Virus record (IMG/VR): IMGVR_UViG_3300049846_002234
Coordinates: 1-54,940 of that record
Source: a virus
Lineage: Duplodnaviria > Caudoviricetes
Length of the DNA: 54,940 nt
Reading direction: 5' to 3' (one strand)
The notes beneath the pieces were generated by a model that was given only the letters and a program-made list of their open reading frames with translations, made no database searches and was not told the DNA's origin. A program made the position numbers and the translations under genes. This document shows, in pieces, positions 36,748 to 46,125 of this stretch. The first letter of the stretch is position 1. Every line of letters starts with the position of its first letter.

Positions 36748-39700
36748 ATGCCGAAGGGCGCTCCACCTCCTGCCCCGCCTCCGCCGGATCAGCTCAAGGC
36801 GCTCGGGATCAACCAGCCGGCACCGCAGCCCAAGGCGACCTACGCCGATCTGGTGGAGGCGGTACGCCTGGCCTACCCTGGCCGGTACGACGACGAAGAT
36901 CCGACCGCCCTCGCCGAGAGCGTGCTGGAGGTGTACCCGCATCTGCGCGATGCGATCGACCCTGCCACGCGCGGTATGGAGCTCCTCCCCTCGCATGAAG
37001 GAGGGCCGCGCACCAGCCGCGATTTCGTCCGGGGGAAGGGTCCGAACGAGTGGCTGCCCAAGCCCCCCACGCCGACGCCGGTCGGGACGCCGGAAGAGCG
37101 GGCGGCCACACTGAACAACCGCACGCCGGCCCTCTTCTCCGGCGATACCCTCATCACCAGCGGCCTGCGCGTGGGCGGCAGCATGGCGGGCGGGCTGGCT
37201 GGCACGGCGATCGCCGCCGCGACACTCAATCCCTTGGCCGTCCCCGCTGGGCTCTTCGCCGGCGGGTCGGCGGGTGAGGCGGCCGCTCAGCTCTACGAGC
37301 GGGAAGCCGGCATCTCCGAAGAGATCTCCCCCTGGAACGTCATCGCGCAGGGCGCCCTCAACACGGTGCCGGTCGCACGGGGTGCCAAGGCCGGGGCGGC
37401 GGGCATGGCGCGGTTGGTCGGCGCCAACGCCGTCAGGGGCGGGGCGGTGCGGCGTGGCGCGGCTGCTGTCGTCAACGCCACCCGCAACACCCAGCTCCCC
37501 GCGCGGATGCTGAGCAACGCCTTTGAAGGAGCGGTGACCAGCGCCGGCGGCAACGCACTGGAGCTCGGCTTCGAACAGAACCGCCTCCCCACCCTCGAGG
37601 AATCGGCCGCCGCCTCCCTGGCCGGTGCCGGGTTCGGCGCGGCCTTCACCGGCGGTGGCGCCCTCTACGACAAGGCGAAGGTCGTGCGGGCCAAGCCGGT
37701 CCTCAAGGCCGCGCACGACGTGATGGACACCTTGGATCTCTCCCGGGGTGGCACCCCGCTGCCGTCAGAGGCGTGGCAGGCGGCCAGTGCCCCGGTGATC
37801 GAGGCGATCCAGAAGGCCAAGAAGCTCGACCCCGAGGGCGGGCAGGCGGCGTTCCAGCGCCTCCTCAGCATCCTCGACGGGCAGCATCAGGCCGGGCTCC
37901 AGACCAAGGCGGCAGCGTTCCTTCAGGGCTTCGCCGAGAAGGCCGAGGCCATGAGCGATGGGGCACGGCTGGATCTCGCCAAGCAGCTCCTCGATCGGGT
38001 GAAGGCTGACGGGCTGAACGCTGAGGGACTGGACGAGGTGATCCGTACCCTGGCGGGGATTGATACCAACGCCCGAATGTCCCAGGCGGCGGGTGGGATG
38101 AAGCTGCTGCCCCCGGCGCCCCCGGAGAACATCCTGGGCGCGGGCGGCAAGGACATCCTGCCGGTGGAGCCTCGGTACGCCGAAGGGCCGGGAGGCCCGC
38201 CGATCGAGGTGCTCCCCGAGGGCGAGGTGCTCGTGGGCGCCCGTACCGACCTGCAGGGGCCGCCGCCGCTCGTCGCCGACCAGCCGCAGGGTCCACGTCC
38301 GGTCGTCACCGGCCGACTGCGTGAAGCCGCCCCGCTCCCGCCTGAGCCTCCGCCGCCACCTGTCGACTGGCGGCAGGCGGAAGGCCCAGAGCAGGTAGCC
38401 GCCCGCATCGAGGGCCAGCGCTTCTCCCGGATCGCCCAGCAGGGCACCACGGCCGAGGTGGCGCGCGGGCTGGCGGGGGTGGATCGGGCGCGTCTTGCGG
38501 GGGCCGAGCAGCCGCTGCTGGGCGGGCTGCCCCCGGAGCCGGCGCTCAACTACAACTTCGACCCGCGCCCGCCGGAGGCGCCGGCGCCGCGCGCCATTCC
38601 TGGCGAGCAGACGGGGGTGGATGCCCTCTACCCGGTGCGTGCAGGCACGATCGATCGGGAAACCGCGATGTGGCTGCGGGTGGTGCTGGCCGATCTCAAG
38701 GAGTTCGGCTACCAGGAGCCGGGGAAGCACAGCAAGGGGGTCGCGGCGGATCGCGCGCAGGAGCGCTACGACGGAGGGTCGGCCTTCTCCAAGAACCAGG
38801 CAGCCGCCCGGGTCGGCGGCAGCAAGGTGGCCCGGACCATCGCCCTCATCGCAGGAGGCGACCCGGAGAAGCCGGGGGCGCCGGCGCTCAAGGAGCAGAT
38901 CGAGAAGTTCCTCAACGGGGAGCAGGTGACGCCCTCCCCGCGCGTGGCGGCGGCGATCAAGTACGCCGCGCTCCTCAAGCAGGCGTGGGACGGCAAGAAG
39001 CTCACCAGCGGGAACCTGTTGCCCAAGCACCTGCGGGGCGCCGGGCTCGTCAACGCGAAGCTGAACGACGTGTACCTCCCGACGCTCCCGCCCTCGGTCG
39101 CGCTGGGACTGGACGAGGCGGACGATCTCCTCGCGCAGTTCGCCCCCGAGGTGCTGGCGACCAAGCAGCGTATGCAGGCGGAGGTGGCGGCCGATGATGG
39201 GACGCCGGCGTACACGCCCCGGGCGGGCGAAGCGCCGGAAGGGGTGCGTCAGTTCCTCGCCGAGCTGAGCCACGACGACCTGAAGATGCTCCACGCCGAG
39301 CTCCTGCAGCAGGGGCCGGACGCCGCGCAGCACCGGGGGTGGGTGGCGGATGCGCTCGAGCAGCGCGGGATCGCCCGTCCCGAGCAGGGCATCCTCACGC
39401 CTGAGAGCCTGCCGATGCTCCCGCCGGAGCCGGGTCCGCGCCTGTTCGATCTGGAGGCGGCCGCTAGTGGTGAGGTTCCACGTGGAACCCCAGATGTTGT
39501 GGAGGGCGCGGGCGCACGTGCTGAGGTGCCTGCTGAGGAGCCCTACACCCCGCCGGTGAGCGACCTGCCGCCGGGGCATCCCGACGCGCCGCCCGACATC
39601 CCGCCTTTCGACATCCCGGAGGGGAAGCTCCGCGTGCGTCAGGCGAGCACAGGCGCCTGGGAAGTCACCGTCGATGGCGAGCTGGCAGCCACGGTGACGC

Positions 39701-42700
39701 GCGAGGCCAACCCCGACGCGCCCAAGCCCTGGCGGATGTCGGTGGTGGGCCCGGATGGGGAGCTCGTCGCCAAGAGCCAGCATGCGACCCTGGACGAGGC
39801 GGCGCGGCGTGCGACGGCAGCGGTGCGGGAAGTGCCCACCGGACGCGATGGCTTCCCTTCCCTCCTCTCCGACGAATCCGGCGCGGTCGGCACCCCGGCC
39901 CAGCGTGCCGCGTCCCGTGCCCGCTCGCTCAAGGCGCTGGCCGATTCCCCCGGCGCCCGGCGCGACTTCCGCATGAGCGAGGACACGCTCGCGCAGGTCC
40001 GCAAGGTCATCGCCCAGGCCGGCGAGGCGGAAGAAGCCGGGCTCCTGGTGGGTACCCCTGACGGGCAGATCCGGCGCGTCATCCGCAGCCGCAACACCGC
40101 CGCCGACCCTGCCACGACGTTCGAGATCGACCCGCGCACCATCGCCGCGACCCAGAAGCGGGCGGCGGCTGAGGGGCTCGTGGTGCTGGGGAGCTGGCAC
40201 AGCCAGCCGACCGGGAGCGCCCAGCCCAGCAAGGCCGACCTCCAGGGCGGCGTGGCCGACCTTCCCATGCTCATCATCGGCGCCAAGGAGGGGGAGATCC
40301 GCGACGTGCGGGTGTGGCAGCCCCAGGGGAAGTCCGCGTGGACGGAGGGCAGCCTCGACATCGGCGAGCTCACCCAGCGCCCGGGGAGCAACATCCCCAC
40401 CACCAAGAAGAGCGTCCTGGCGACCATCCGCAAGATCCCCCGCTTCACCGGGGCGATGGGCGATGACGTGGCGCTGGGGAAGTACCTCTCCGCGCACGAG
40501 CGCGAGCTCTCCACCGAGCCGTTCTTCCACAAGGCGCAGGCGGCCCTGGCGGCGGGCAACCCCCGGAAAGCCTGGCTGGAGCTGCAGATCGGGCAGGTGG
40601 CGTACGGCAACCTCACCAAGGCGGCCGCCGAGAACCTGCCCCACCAAGAGTCGCTCGCCATCGGCAAGCAGATCGCCGCCCTCGAAGCCACTGGCGCGCA
40701 ATCGCCGGCCGGCCAGCTCTGGGCGCTCTACGACGGGCGCACGGTCTGGGTCGAGGGCGTGGGGCGCATCGTCGCCACCCCGGACCTGCCACCGGCGCTC
40801 AAGGGGAAGGGTGTGACGGCGGGCCCGGGCGGCATCCTGCGACCGCCGGCGGCGACTGAGGCACTCCCGGATGTGGCCGCGCGTGACGCCCTCACCCTCG
40901 AGGTGGTCAACGATGTCCTCAGCGATGTCAAGGCGTCGGGGGTGCTGGACGACCCCACCAAGGAGGCCGGAACGCGCCTCTTCCGGCAGGTGGCCGAACA
41001 GATGCTGTTGCAGCCGGCCCGCTTCAAGGCGATCAACGCGCTGGGGGCGGACCTGTCCCCGGAGCAGGTGGCCGCGCACTTCACCGAGACCGTGACGGAG
41101 AGCGCGCGGATCCTGGCGGCGCTCAGCGCCTGGAAGCGCGAGCACGCCGAGGGCATCCGTCGTATCGAGGGGATCACCGGCGCCAGTGGGAAGGTCGAGG
41201 ATCTGGTGGTGCGCGGCAAGGGGCGCACGGTCGGCAAGCTGAGCGAGCTCTACAAGGCCGAGACGCTCGACGCGCTCACGCAGGGCGCCGGGAACTCCTG
41301 GGATCGGGTGATCCTGCTACAGACGCTCACCCCCGGGCAGATCAGCGCCTTCGATCAGCTCGGCCGGGCGAGCCGGGGCTTCATGCTCAGCCAGTGGTCG
41401 ACGGCGCTCCGCAACGTCTACAGTGCCACCGGGCGCTGGGGGAGCGAGGCGAGCGACGCCGTACTCAAGGGGCTGGCCTACACCACCACCGGCGATTTCG
41501 GTAAGGCCAAGGCGGCGTACGCCCGGGCGGGCGACCTCCTGCGCTACGCCCCGATCCTCCGCCCTGACGGCTGGGTGATGCCGTGGAAGGCCCGCTCGAG
41601 CGAGTGGGAGACGATCTTCACCACCAGCGGGCAGTTCCTCGGCATGGGGAAGGACCGGCAGGCGGTGCTCGCCGCGCTACGTGCGGTGCCCGACAAGGCC
41701 GCGACGTTCCTCGGCGGCACCGGGTTCGGCGAGCTGCGCCGGCAGGGACAGAGCGCCAGCTCCATCCTGAATTGGGCCGCCAGCGAGAAGGTGCAGCAGA
41801 CGCTGACCATGTTCAACCGGGCGCAGGAGTACACCATCCGCTCGGCGATGCTGCACGTGGCCCTGAACGAGCAGCTCCGGCTGCGCGGACTCGATCCGCA
41901 CACCGCGCTCAGCCTGCCGCCCGACGCCCTGCGCGCCCGACTCGGCGAGGATGCCTACACCCAAGTGTTCGATCGCGCCGTCGGCGAGGCGCTGAACTTC
42001 ACCTTCGCGGGGGATCTCATCCACAAGGGGTACGGCAAGGACATGCTCAACCGGCCGCTGGGGGCCCGGAACACCGCCATCATCGACGTACTCAACAAGT
42101 TCCCGCTGGTCCGTGAAGGCTATCCCTTCGCCAAGTTCAACCTCAGTGCCGCGCCACGCTACCTGTGGGATCACTCGGGGATCGGGTTGCTGGTGGAACC
42201 GCTCTACGCCAAGGTGTCGAAGCGGGGGCGCTACCATCTCGGCACCACGGGCAAGCGATTCCGCGACGTGCTGATCCCGGAGATCGATCAGAAGGTGGCG
42301 GCGGCCAACAGTGAGATGGGCACGGCGCTGCTGAAGTGGCAGGCGGTGAAGGATGAGATCACCGCACGCCGGCGCCTGGACGCGCAGTACAAGAAGCTGA
42401 GTGTCGAGCAGGCGGAGCTGCCGGGCGTGCAGGACAAGATCCGCGCGAACCGCACCGTCCTCAACAGCCTCGAGGCGAAGAGCATGGAGGCGGGCGACGC
42501 CTACCTCGCCGCAGACACCAACCTCAAGAAGCTCCAGGCGCAGAAAACGACCCTCGCTGAAACGGTCGCGCAGGCAGCGGCGGCGGATGCCCCCGAAGAC
42601 TTCGCCACGCTGTTCGCGCGCAACATGACCGGCGCGGCTGTGATGTTGCCGCTCGCCATGATGATCCGCGCCGACCAGAAGGATCAGGGCGTGCCCTGGT

Positions 42701-43887
42701 ACAAGGTGAAGGTGAGCGAGAACCACGCGCTGGATCTCCGTCCCTTCGCGCCGTTCGTGCAGTACCTCTTCGTCGCCGATGTGCTGCAGGACTTCTACGA
42801 CAACACCAATTGGGGGGCGGTCAGCGAGGATCTGGATCTCGGGAAGTACTCCTGGGACAACATCGGCGACGCCTTCTTCAAGGGTGGGCACTACGACGGG
42901 CAGTACTCCGCCGATGACATCGCCAAGGGGCTGCTGATGATGGTGGCCGCCCCGCTGCAGGATCTGGTGGAGTTTCCCAGCAGCGTGTACCAGTTCTACG
43001 AGGGGAAGTACACCGCCAAGAGCCTCGGCAAGGAGCTCTCCACCGTCCTCTTCTCCACCAGCCAGATCGCCGGCACGACCCTTTCGGTGGTCGAGGCGCT
43101 GGCCGACATCACCACCGAGGGGCTGCCTGGGTCCGAACGCCTGAGCAACCTGGCGACGAACACCGTCGGGCAGATGCTGGCCCGCTTCACCATGCCCTTT
43201 GCACAGTTCAAGGGGTTGAGTGCGCTCTACGACGAGGAGGAAGCGTACGCCCGCATCGCCGACCAGGGCGAGGACTTCAGTGCCGCACCCCTGGGGCAGA
43301 TGTTCGGCAACCTGCCCTTCATCGGGGCGGCGATGATCCCCGAGACCTACAACCAGCTCACCGGACAGCCGCTGGCGACGCAGTACCCGGCGATGCGGAG
43401 TCTCCTCGGCGTCACCATGAGCTCGTGGGACACCATCAGCGGGGAGATCACCAAGATCGGTATGCCGGGGCAGTCGGTGTACATCCGCAAGACGGGAGAC
43501 ATCTACGTCGACAAGCTGGTGGGGTACCACTACGCGCGCCTGATCCAGCAGTACCTGCCGCAGGTGCTCGAGAACGAGAGCTACAAGCGCCTCGATTCGG
43601 CAGCCCTCAAGCGGGATGTGATGGGGAAGATCCTGCCGAAGCTGAAGAAGGCCGCGATCGGCTACACGGCGCAGGATCTGGGCGCGGAGCGTATCAAGGC
43701 CGCGCAGGCGGGGAGTGAGACGCGCCGGCGGCAGGTGCGTGTGGAGCGGCTGCAGCAGCTCCTGGCGGACGAGGGGCTCAGGGATCTGGCGCCGGAAGAG
43801 CCGGAGGAGCCGGAGGAACCTGAGGTGCCGGAGGTCGAGGAACCCGATGAGGTAGAATCGACCTCAACAGAACTGCCACCGCAGTAG
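36748..43887 (+). CDS. Giant ejection/polyvalent protein with internal JAB/MPN domain
   Basis: 2379 aa; Gly/Ala hydrophobic N-region; EEAGLLVG..N......FEIDP..VLGSWHSQP...PSKAD at ~39970-40330; helical C-region. Confidence 0.8.
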   Translation: MPKGAPPPAPPPPDQLKALGINQPAPQPKATYADLVEAVRLAYPGRYDDEDPTALAESVLEVYPHLRDAIDPATRGMELLPSHEGGPRTSRDFVRGKGPNEWLPKPPTPTPVGTPEERAATLNNRTPALFSGDTLITSGLRVGGSMAGGLAGTAIAAATLNPLAVPAGLFAGGSAGEAAAQLYEREAGISEEISPWNVIAQGALNTVPVARGAKAGAAGMARLVGANAVRGGAVRRGAAAVVNATRNTQLPARMLSNAFEGAVTSAGGNALELGFEQNRLPTLEESAAASLAGAGFGAAFTGGGALYDKAKVVRAKPVLKAAHDVMDTLDLSRGGTPLPSEAWQAASAPVIEAIQKAKKLDPEGGQAAFQRLLSILDGQHQAGLQTKAAAFLQGFAEKAEAMSDGARLDLAKQLLDRVKADGLNAEGLDEVIRTLAGIDTNARMSQAAGGMKLLPPAPPENILGAGGKDILPVEPRYAEGPGGPPIEVLPEGEVLVGARTDLQGPPPLVADQPQGPRPVVTGRLREAAPLPPEPPPPPVDWRQAEGPEQVAARIEGQRFSRIAQQGTTAEVARGLAGVDRARLAGAEQPLLGGLPPEPALNYNFDPRPPEAPAPRAIPGEQTGVDALYPVRAGTIDRETAMWLRVVLADLKEFGYQEPGKHSKGVAADRAQERYDGGSAFSKNQAAARVGGSKVARTIALIAGGDPEKPGAPALKEQIEKFLNGEQVTPSPRVAAAIKYAALLKQAWDGKKLTSGNLLPKHLRGAGLVNAKLNDVYLPTLPPSVALGLDEADDLLAQFAPEVLATKQRMQAEVAADDGTPAYTPRAGEAPEGVRQFLAELSHDDLKMLHAELLQQGPDAAQHRGWVADALEQRGIARPEQGILTPESLPMLPPEPGPRLFDLEAAASGEVPRGTPDVVEGAGARAEVPAEEPYTPPVSDLPPGHPDAPPDIPPFDIPEGKLRVRQASTGAWEVTVDGELAATVTREANPDAPKPWRMSVVGPDGELVAKSQHATLDEAARRATAAVREVPTGRDGFPSLLSDESGAVGTPAQRAASRARSLKALADSPGARRDFRMSEDTLAQVRKVIAQAGEAEEAGLLVGTPDGQIRRVIRSRNTAADPATTFEIDPRTIAATQKRAAAEGLVVLGSWHSQPTGSAQPSKADLQGGVADLPMLIIGAKEGEIRDVRVWQPQGKSAWTEGSLDIGELTQRPGSNIPTTKKSVLATIRKIPRFTGAMGDDVALGKYLSAHERELSTEPFFHKAQAALAAGNPRKAWLELQIGQVAYGNLTKAAAENLPHQESLAIGKQIAALEATGAQSPAGQLWALYDGRTVWVEGVGRIVATPDLPPALKGKGVTAGPGGILRPPAATEALPDVAARDALTLEVVNDVLSDVKASGVLDDPTKEAGTRLFRQVAEQMLLQPARFKAINALGADLSPEQVAAHFTETVTESARILAALSAWKREHAEGIRRIEGITGASGKVEDLVVRGKGRTVGKLSELYKAETLDALTQGAGNSWDRVILLQTLTPGQISAFDQLGRASRGFMLSQWSTALRNVYSATGRWGSEASDAVLKGLAYTTTGDFGKAKAAYARAGDLLRYAPILRPDGWVMPWKARSSEWETIFTTSGQFLGMGKDRQAVLAALRAVPDKAATFLGGTGFGELRRQGQSASSILNWAASEKVQQTLTMFNRAQEYTIRSAMLHVALNEQLRLRGLDPHTALSLPPDALRARLGEDAYTQVFDRAVGEALNFTFAGDLIHKGYGKDMLNRPLGARNTAIIDVLNKFPLVREGYPFAKFNLSAAPRYLWDHSGIGLLVEPLYAKVSKRGRYHLGTTGKRFRDVLIPEIDQKVAAANSEMGTALLKWQAVKDEITARRRLDAQYKKLSVEQAELPGVQDKIRANRTVLNSLEAKSMEAGDAYLAADTNLKKLQAQKTTLAETVAQAAAADAPEDFATLFARNMTGAAVMLPLAMMIRADQKDQGVPWYKVKVSENHALDLRPFAPFVQYLFVADVLQDFYDNTNWGAVSEDLDLGKYSWDNIGDAFFKGGHYDGQYSADDIAKGLLMMVAAPLQDLVEFPSSVYQFYEGKYTAKSLGKELSTVLFSTSQIAGTTLSVVEALADITTEGLPGSERLSNLATNTVGQMLARFTMPFAQFKGLSALYDEEEAYARIADQGEDFSAAPLGQMFGNLPFIGAAMIPETYNQLTGQPLATQYPAMRSLLGVTMSSWDTISGEITKIGMPGQSVYIRKTGDIYVDKLVGYHYARLIQQYLPQVLENESYKRLDSAALKRDVMGKILPKLKKAAIGYTAQDLGAERIKAAQAGSETRRRQVRVERLQQLLADEGLRDLAPEEPEEPEEPEVPEVEEPDEVESTSTELPPQ
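43790..43852 (+). repeat. Degenerate 9-nt tandem repeat encoding an acidic PEE tail
   Basis: ccggaagag ccggaggag ccggaggaa cctgaggtg ccggaggtc. Confidence 0.7.
43853..43858 (+). promoter_or_regulatory. TAGAAT -10-like element (copy 5)
   Basis: GTAGAATC upstream of the 43904 gene. Confidence 0.45.
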
Positions 43888-43903
43888 AGAGGAGGTGAGG
43901 AGG

Positions 43904-44134
43904 ATGATCGCACGCTGCAAGTTCGTCATCGAGTCGGTGACGCACCACGCCTACGGCGGACGCTCCGTGACGCTTGGTACCCACTACGACGAGAAGCTGT
44001 CGAAGGAAGACCGCGCGTTCTCGAAGGCGACGCCCAACGGCAAGATGACGGTCGATATCAACAACCCGTTGGTGTTCGACCTGTTCACGCCCGGTCGGAA
44101 GGTCTACATCGACGTGAGCGCCGTCGAAGACTAA
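43904..44134 (+). CDS. Conserved small phage beta protein
   Basis: RCKF...E...FSKATP.G.M...INNP....F.PG...YID family pattern; doubled GAGGAGG RBS. Confidence 0.75.
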   Translation: MIARCKFVIESVTHHAYGGRSVTLGTHYDEKLSKEDRAFSKATPNGKMTVDINNPLVFDLFTPGRKVYIDVSAVED

Positions 44135-44192
44135 GCCGTCCAGCAGAGCGTGGGGTCGCGCGTATGCCCCAGGCCGCGCTGGACAGGCTTAG
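44131..44192. terminator. Long hairpin at the convergence of the two arms
   Basis: ctaagcc/ggcttag, gtccagc/gctggac and tgggg/cccca nested stems. Confidence 0.6.
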
Positions 44193-44371
44193 GCCGGCGC
44201 CCCACACCCCTCACACCGCCGGTCCTTCGGGTCTGCCAACAAGCCGCAGTACTTGCAGTGCTTGGGCAACGCCGGCAGCGGCGGAGGCACAGGCCCATCG
44301 CGGCGTCGCAGCAAGTCGTTGCGCGACAAGATCCCCTGCAACAGGCTGACATACACGGCGGGGTCGATCAC
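44189..44371 (-). CDS. Small zinc-ribbon protein
   Basis: CKYCG...CEGCGAP; GTG start overlaps polymerase stop. Confidence 0.6.
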   Translation of the reverse strand: MIDPAVYVSLLQGILSRNDLLRRRDGPVPPPLPALPKHCKYCGLLADPKDRRCEGCGAPA

Positions 44372-45450
44372 GCAAGCACCTTCGCCCGTTGCTCCACCAT
44401 CAGATCCATCACATCCTCTTCCTCGGCCTCGGTCGCCGGGAAGTAGGTACGATCTCCCACCACCGCACTCGCCGGCTTCCATCCGCCAGGCGGCGTCGGG
44501 ATCTTCTCCATCTGATCCCAGCTCCGGCCCATCTTGCCCTCGACGCCAATCGTCACGTGCGTGCCGTAGCCCCACTCGGGCGGGATCGGCATTTCCTCGA
44601 TCGGGCGGAGCATCTCGCCGTAGGTCGCCTCGAGCACGCGATCGATCTGGCGCGGCGGCGCTTCCAGCAGGATCGAATCGTGGATGGGCGCGCGGAGCGG
44701 GGTGCGGCCGTACCACGCGCGGCCGATGTAGTTGGGGTGATCCGGGTTGGCGAAGAGGGCGAGGAGCACTTCCTTCAGGATCCCTGCGGCCGTGCTCTGC
44801 GGGTAGAACGCGATGCAGCTCTTGGCCTCGGGGCCGAGGACGGTTTCGTACCACCGCCCGTTCATCTCGAAGATCGGCCGGTGCTCCCGCTCCGCCTTGA
44901 TCACCTGGGTATCGGTGAGCGGCTGATGGGCGAGCACGCCGTAGAAGTAGTGCTTGTAGCCGAAGGGGTGCGCGTTCTCGTCGGTGAGGATGTTGTAGCC
45001 GAACGCCGGCGGGCCGCCGAGATACCCCTGATCGTGGGCGCGTTGCTGCACCCGGCCCTGCCACGGCTTCACGCCCGGCGCCACGCTGAAGTAGACATCC
45101 TGCACGTGCTTGGCCTCGGCCTCCGAGCGGTAGAGCTCCGGGAACATCAACACCATGCCGCGTGGGGTCATGCCGTAGCCCGTGCCGTGGACGTTGCGCT
45201 TGGCCTTGTTGTATGGACCCTTGTGCGCCGCCTTGATCGCGGCGAACGCCTCGGCGATGTCCTCGTCTGACTGCTGGAGCGACACCGGCTGCTGCACCAG
45301 GTGCGACGCCACGTAGGCGTGGAGTCCCAGCTTGGCCATGCGGTAGACGATCGGATCGCGGGCGAAGAACCCTACCAGCACGGCTTCAATGCCGGAGAAG
45401 TCGATCTCGATCAGGTGGGAACGGGTCCAGACGGCGGGGGCGGAGGACAT
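44368..45450 (-). CDS. polA: Family A DNA polymerase, C-terminal catalytic half
   Basis: Motif A IDFSGIE, motif B AKRNVHGTGYG, PQSTAA, motif C IHDSILLE; ATG 45450 after AGGAG. Confidence 0.9.
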   Translation of the reverse strand: MSSAPAVWTRSHLIEIDFSGIEAVLVGFFARDPIVYRMAKLGLHAYVASHLVQQPVSLQQSDEDIAEAFAAIKAAHKGPYNKAKRNVHGTGYGMTPRGMVLMFPELYRSEAEAKHVQDVYFSVAPGVKPWQGRVQQRAHDQGYLGGPPAFGYNILTDENAHPFGYKHYFYGVLAHQPLTDTQVIKAEREHRPIFEMNGRWYETVLGPEAKSCIAFYPQSTAAGILKEVLLALFANPDHPNYIGRAWYGRTPLRAPIHDSILLEAPPRQIDRVLEATYGEMLRPIEEMPIPPEWGYGTHVTIGVEGKMGRSWDQMEKIPTPPGGWKPASAVVGDRTYFPATEAEEEDVMDLMVEQRAKVLA

Positions 45451-45464
45451 GGGCGTGAGCACTC

Positions 45465-45908
45465 CTACGCGATCGGCAGCATGAGTTGCTGCCGGATCTC
45501 TCCACGTACCACTACCAGCAGTGACCCCAGGTGGTTCTGCCCCTGGTGTGTGCGCAGGTCTACCCCCCAGAAGGTATCGCCCCACCAGTTGCCTTCCTGC
45601 AAATACTGATCGCCGGTCGCCAGCAGCAACGTCTGGAGACGGGGAATCTTGAACTTCTCGCGGAGCAGGCGGTGCATGATCGGGATCTTCACCGCCTCCC
45701 AATCCTCACGGAGCACGACACGCCTACCTAACCGCTTCGCCATTCCCGGCGAGGCAGCGGCGTGGATCTGCTCACGCATGCGGGCGTCTGTGGTTTTCGC
45801 AGCCTGATAGGCGTGTTCGACCGTCGGCCACATCAGGTCACCCTCGCGGATCACCGACGGGTAGAAGTTGCTCAGGAAGCGGAAGGCGCCGGAGAATTCG
45901 GTGACCAT
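45465..45908 (-). CDS. NADAR (YbiA-like) ADP-ribosyl-guanine hydrolase family
   Basis: FLSNFY, TVEHAYQAAK, AKRLGR, DW, EKF, LLATG, E..W.DTFWG, GQNHLG. Confidence 0.92.
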   Translation of the reverse strand: MVTEFSGAFRFLSNFYPSVIREGDLMWPTVEHAYQAAKTTDARMREQIHAAASPGMAKRLGRRVVLREDWEAVKIPIMHRLLREKFKIPRLQTLLLATGDQYLQEGNWWGDTFWGVDLRTHQGQNHLGSLLVVVRGEIRQQLMLPIA

Positions 45909-45912
45909 AGGG

Positions 45913-46125
45913 CTACCCTTGGCACCAAATGCGGGCGGCAGCCTGCGCTTCCCGCAAGGTGTGACAGATCCGCAACGACTGTTCCTGAAATGGCTCCCCC
46001 TGGCCGACGCGCAAGGACAGCCACACATGCCACTCGTGGAACGCACCGGGCATGTAGGTGATCTCCGCCCGGTACCTTTCGGCGTTGTCCTCATAGCGGA
46101 TGAACTTGACCCATCGGCATCGGCG
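45913..46125 (-). pseudogene. Start-less paralog of 46126..46323, in frame behind its TAG
   Basis: ..WVKFIRYEDNAERYRAEI...TLREAQAAARIWCQG*; nearest ATG+SD is out of frame. Confidence 0.6.

Noticed and set aside
37765-41145. Very long antisense ORFs (also 29883..32024, 20307..22646, 17822..19666, 41677..43530)
   Set aside because: Shadows of GC3-biased genes on the opposite strand; Arg/Gly-rich with no motifs
36748-43887. Virion RNA polymerase or lytic transglycosylase within the giant protein
   Set aside because: No DxDGD, T7-type polymerase or SLT motifs recognised
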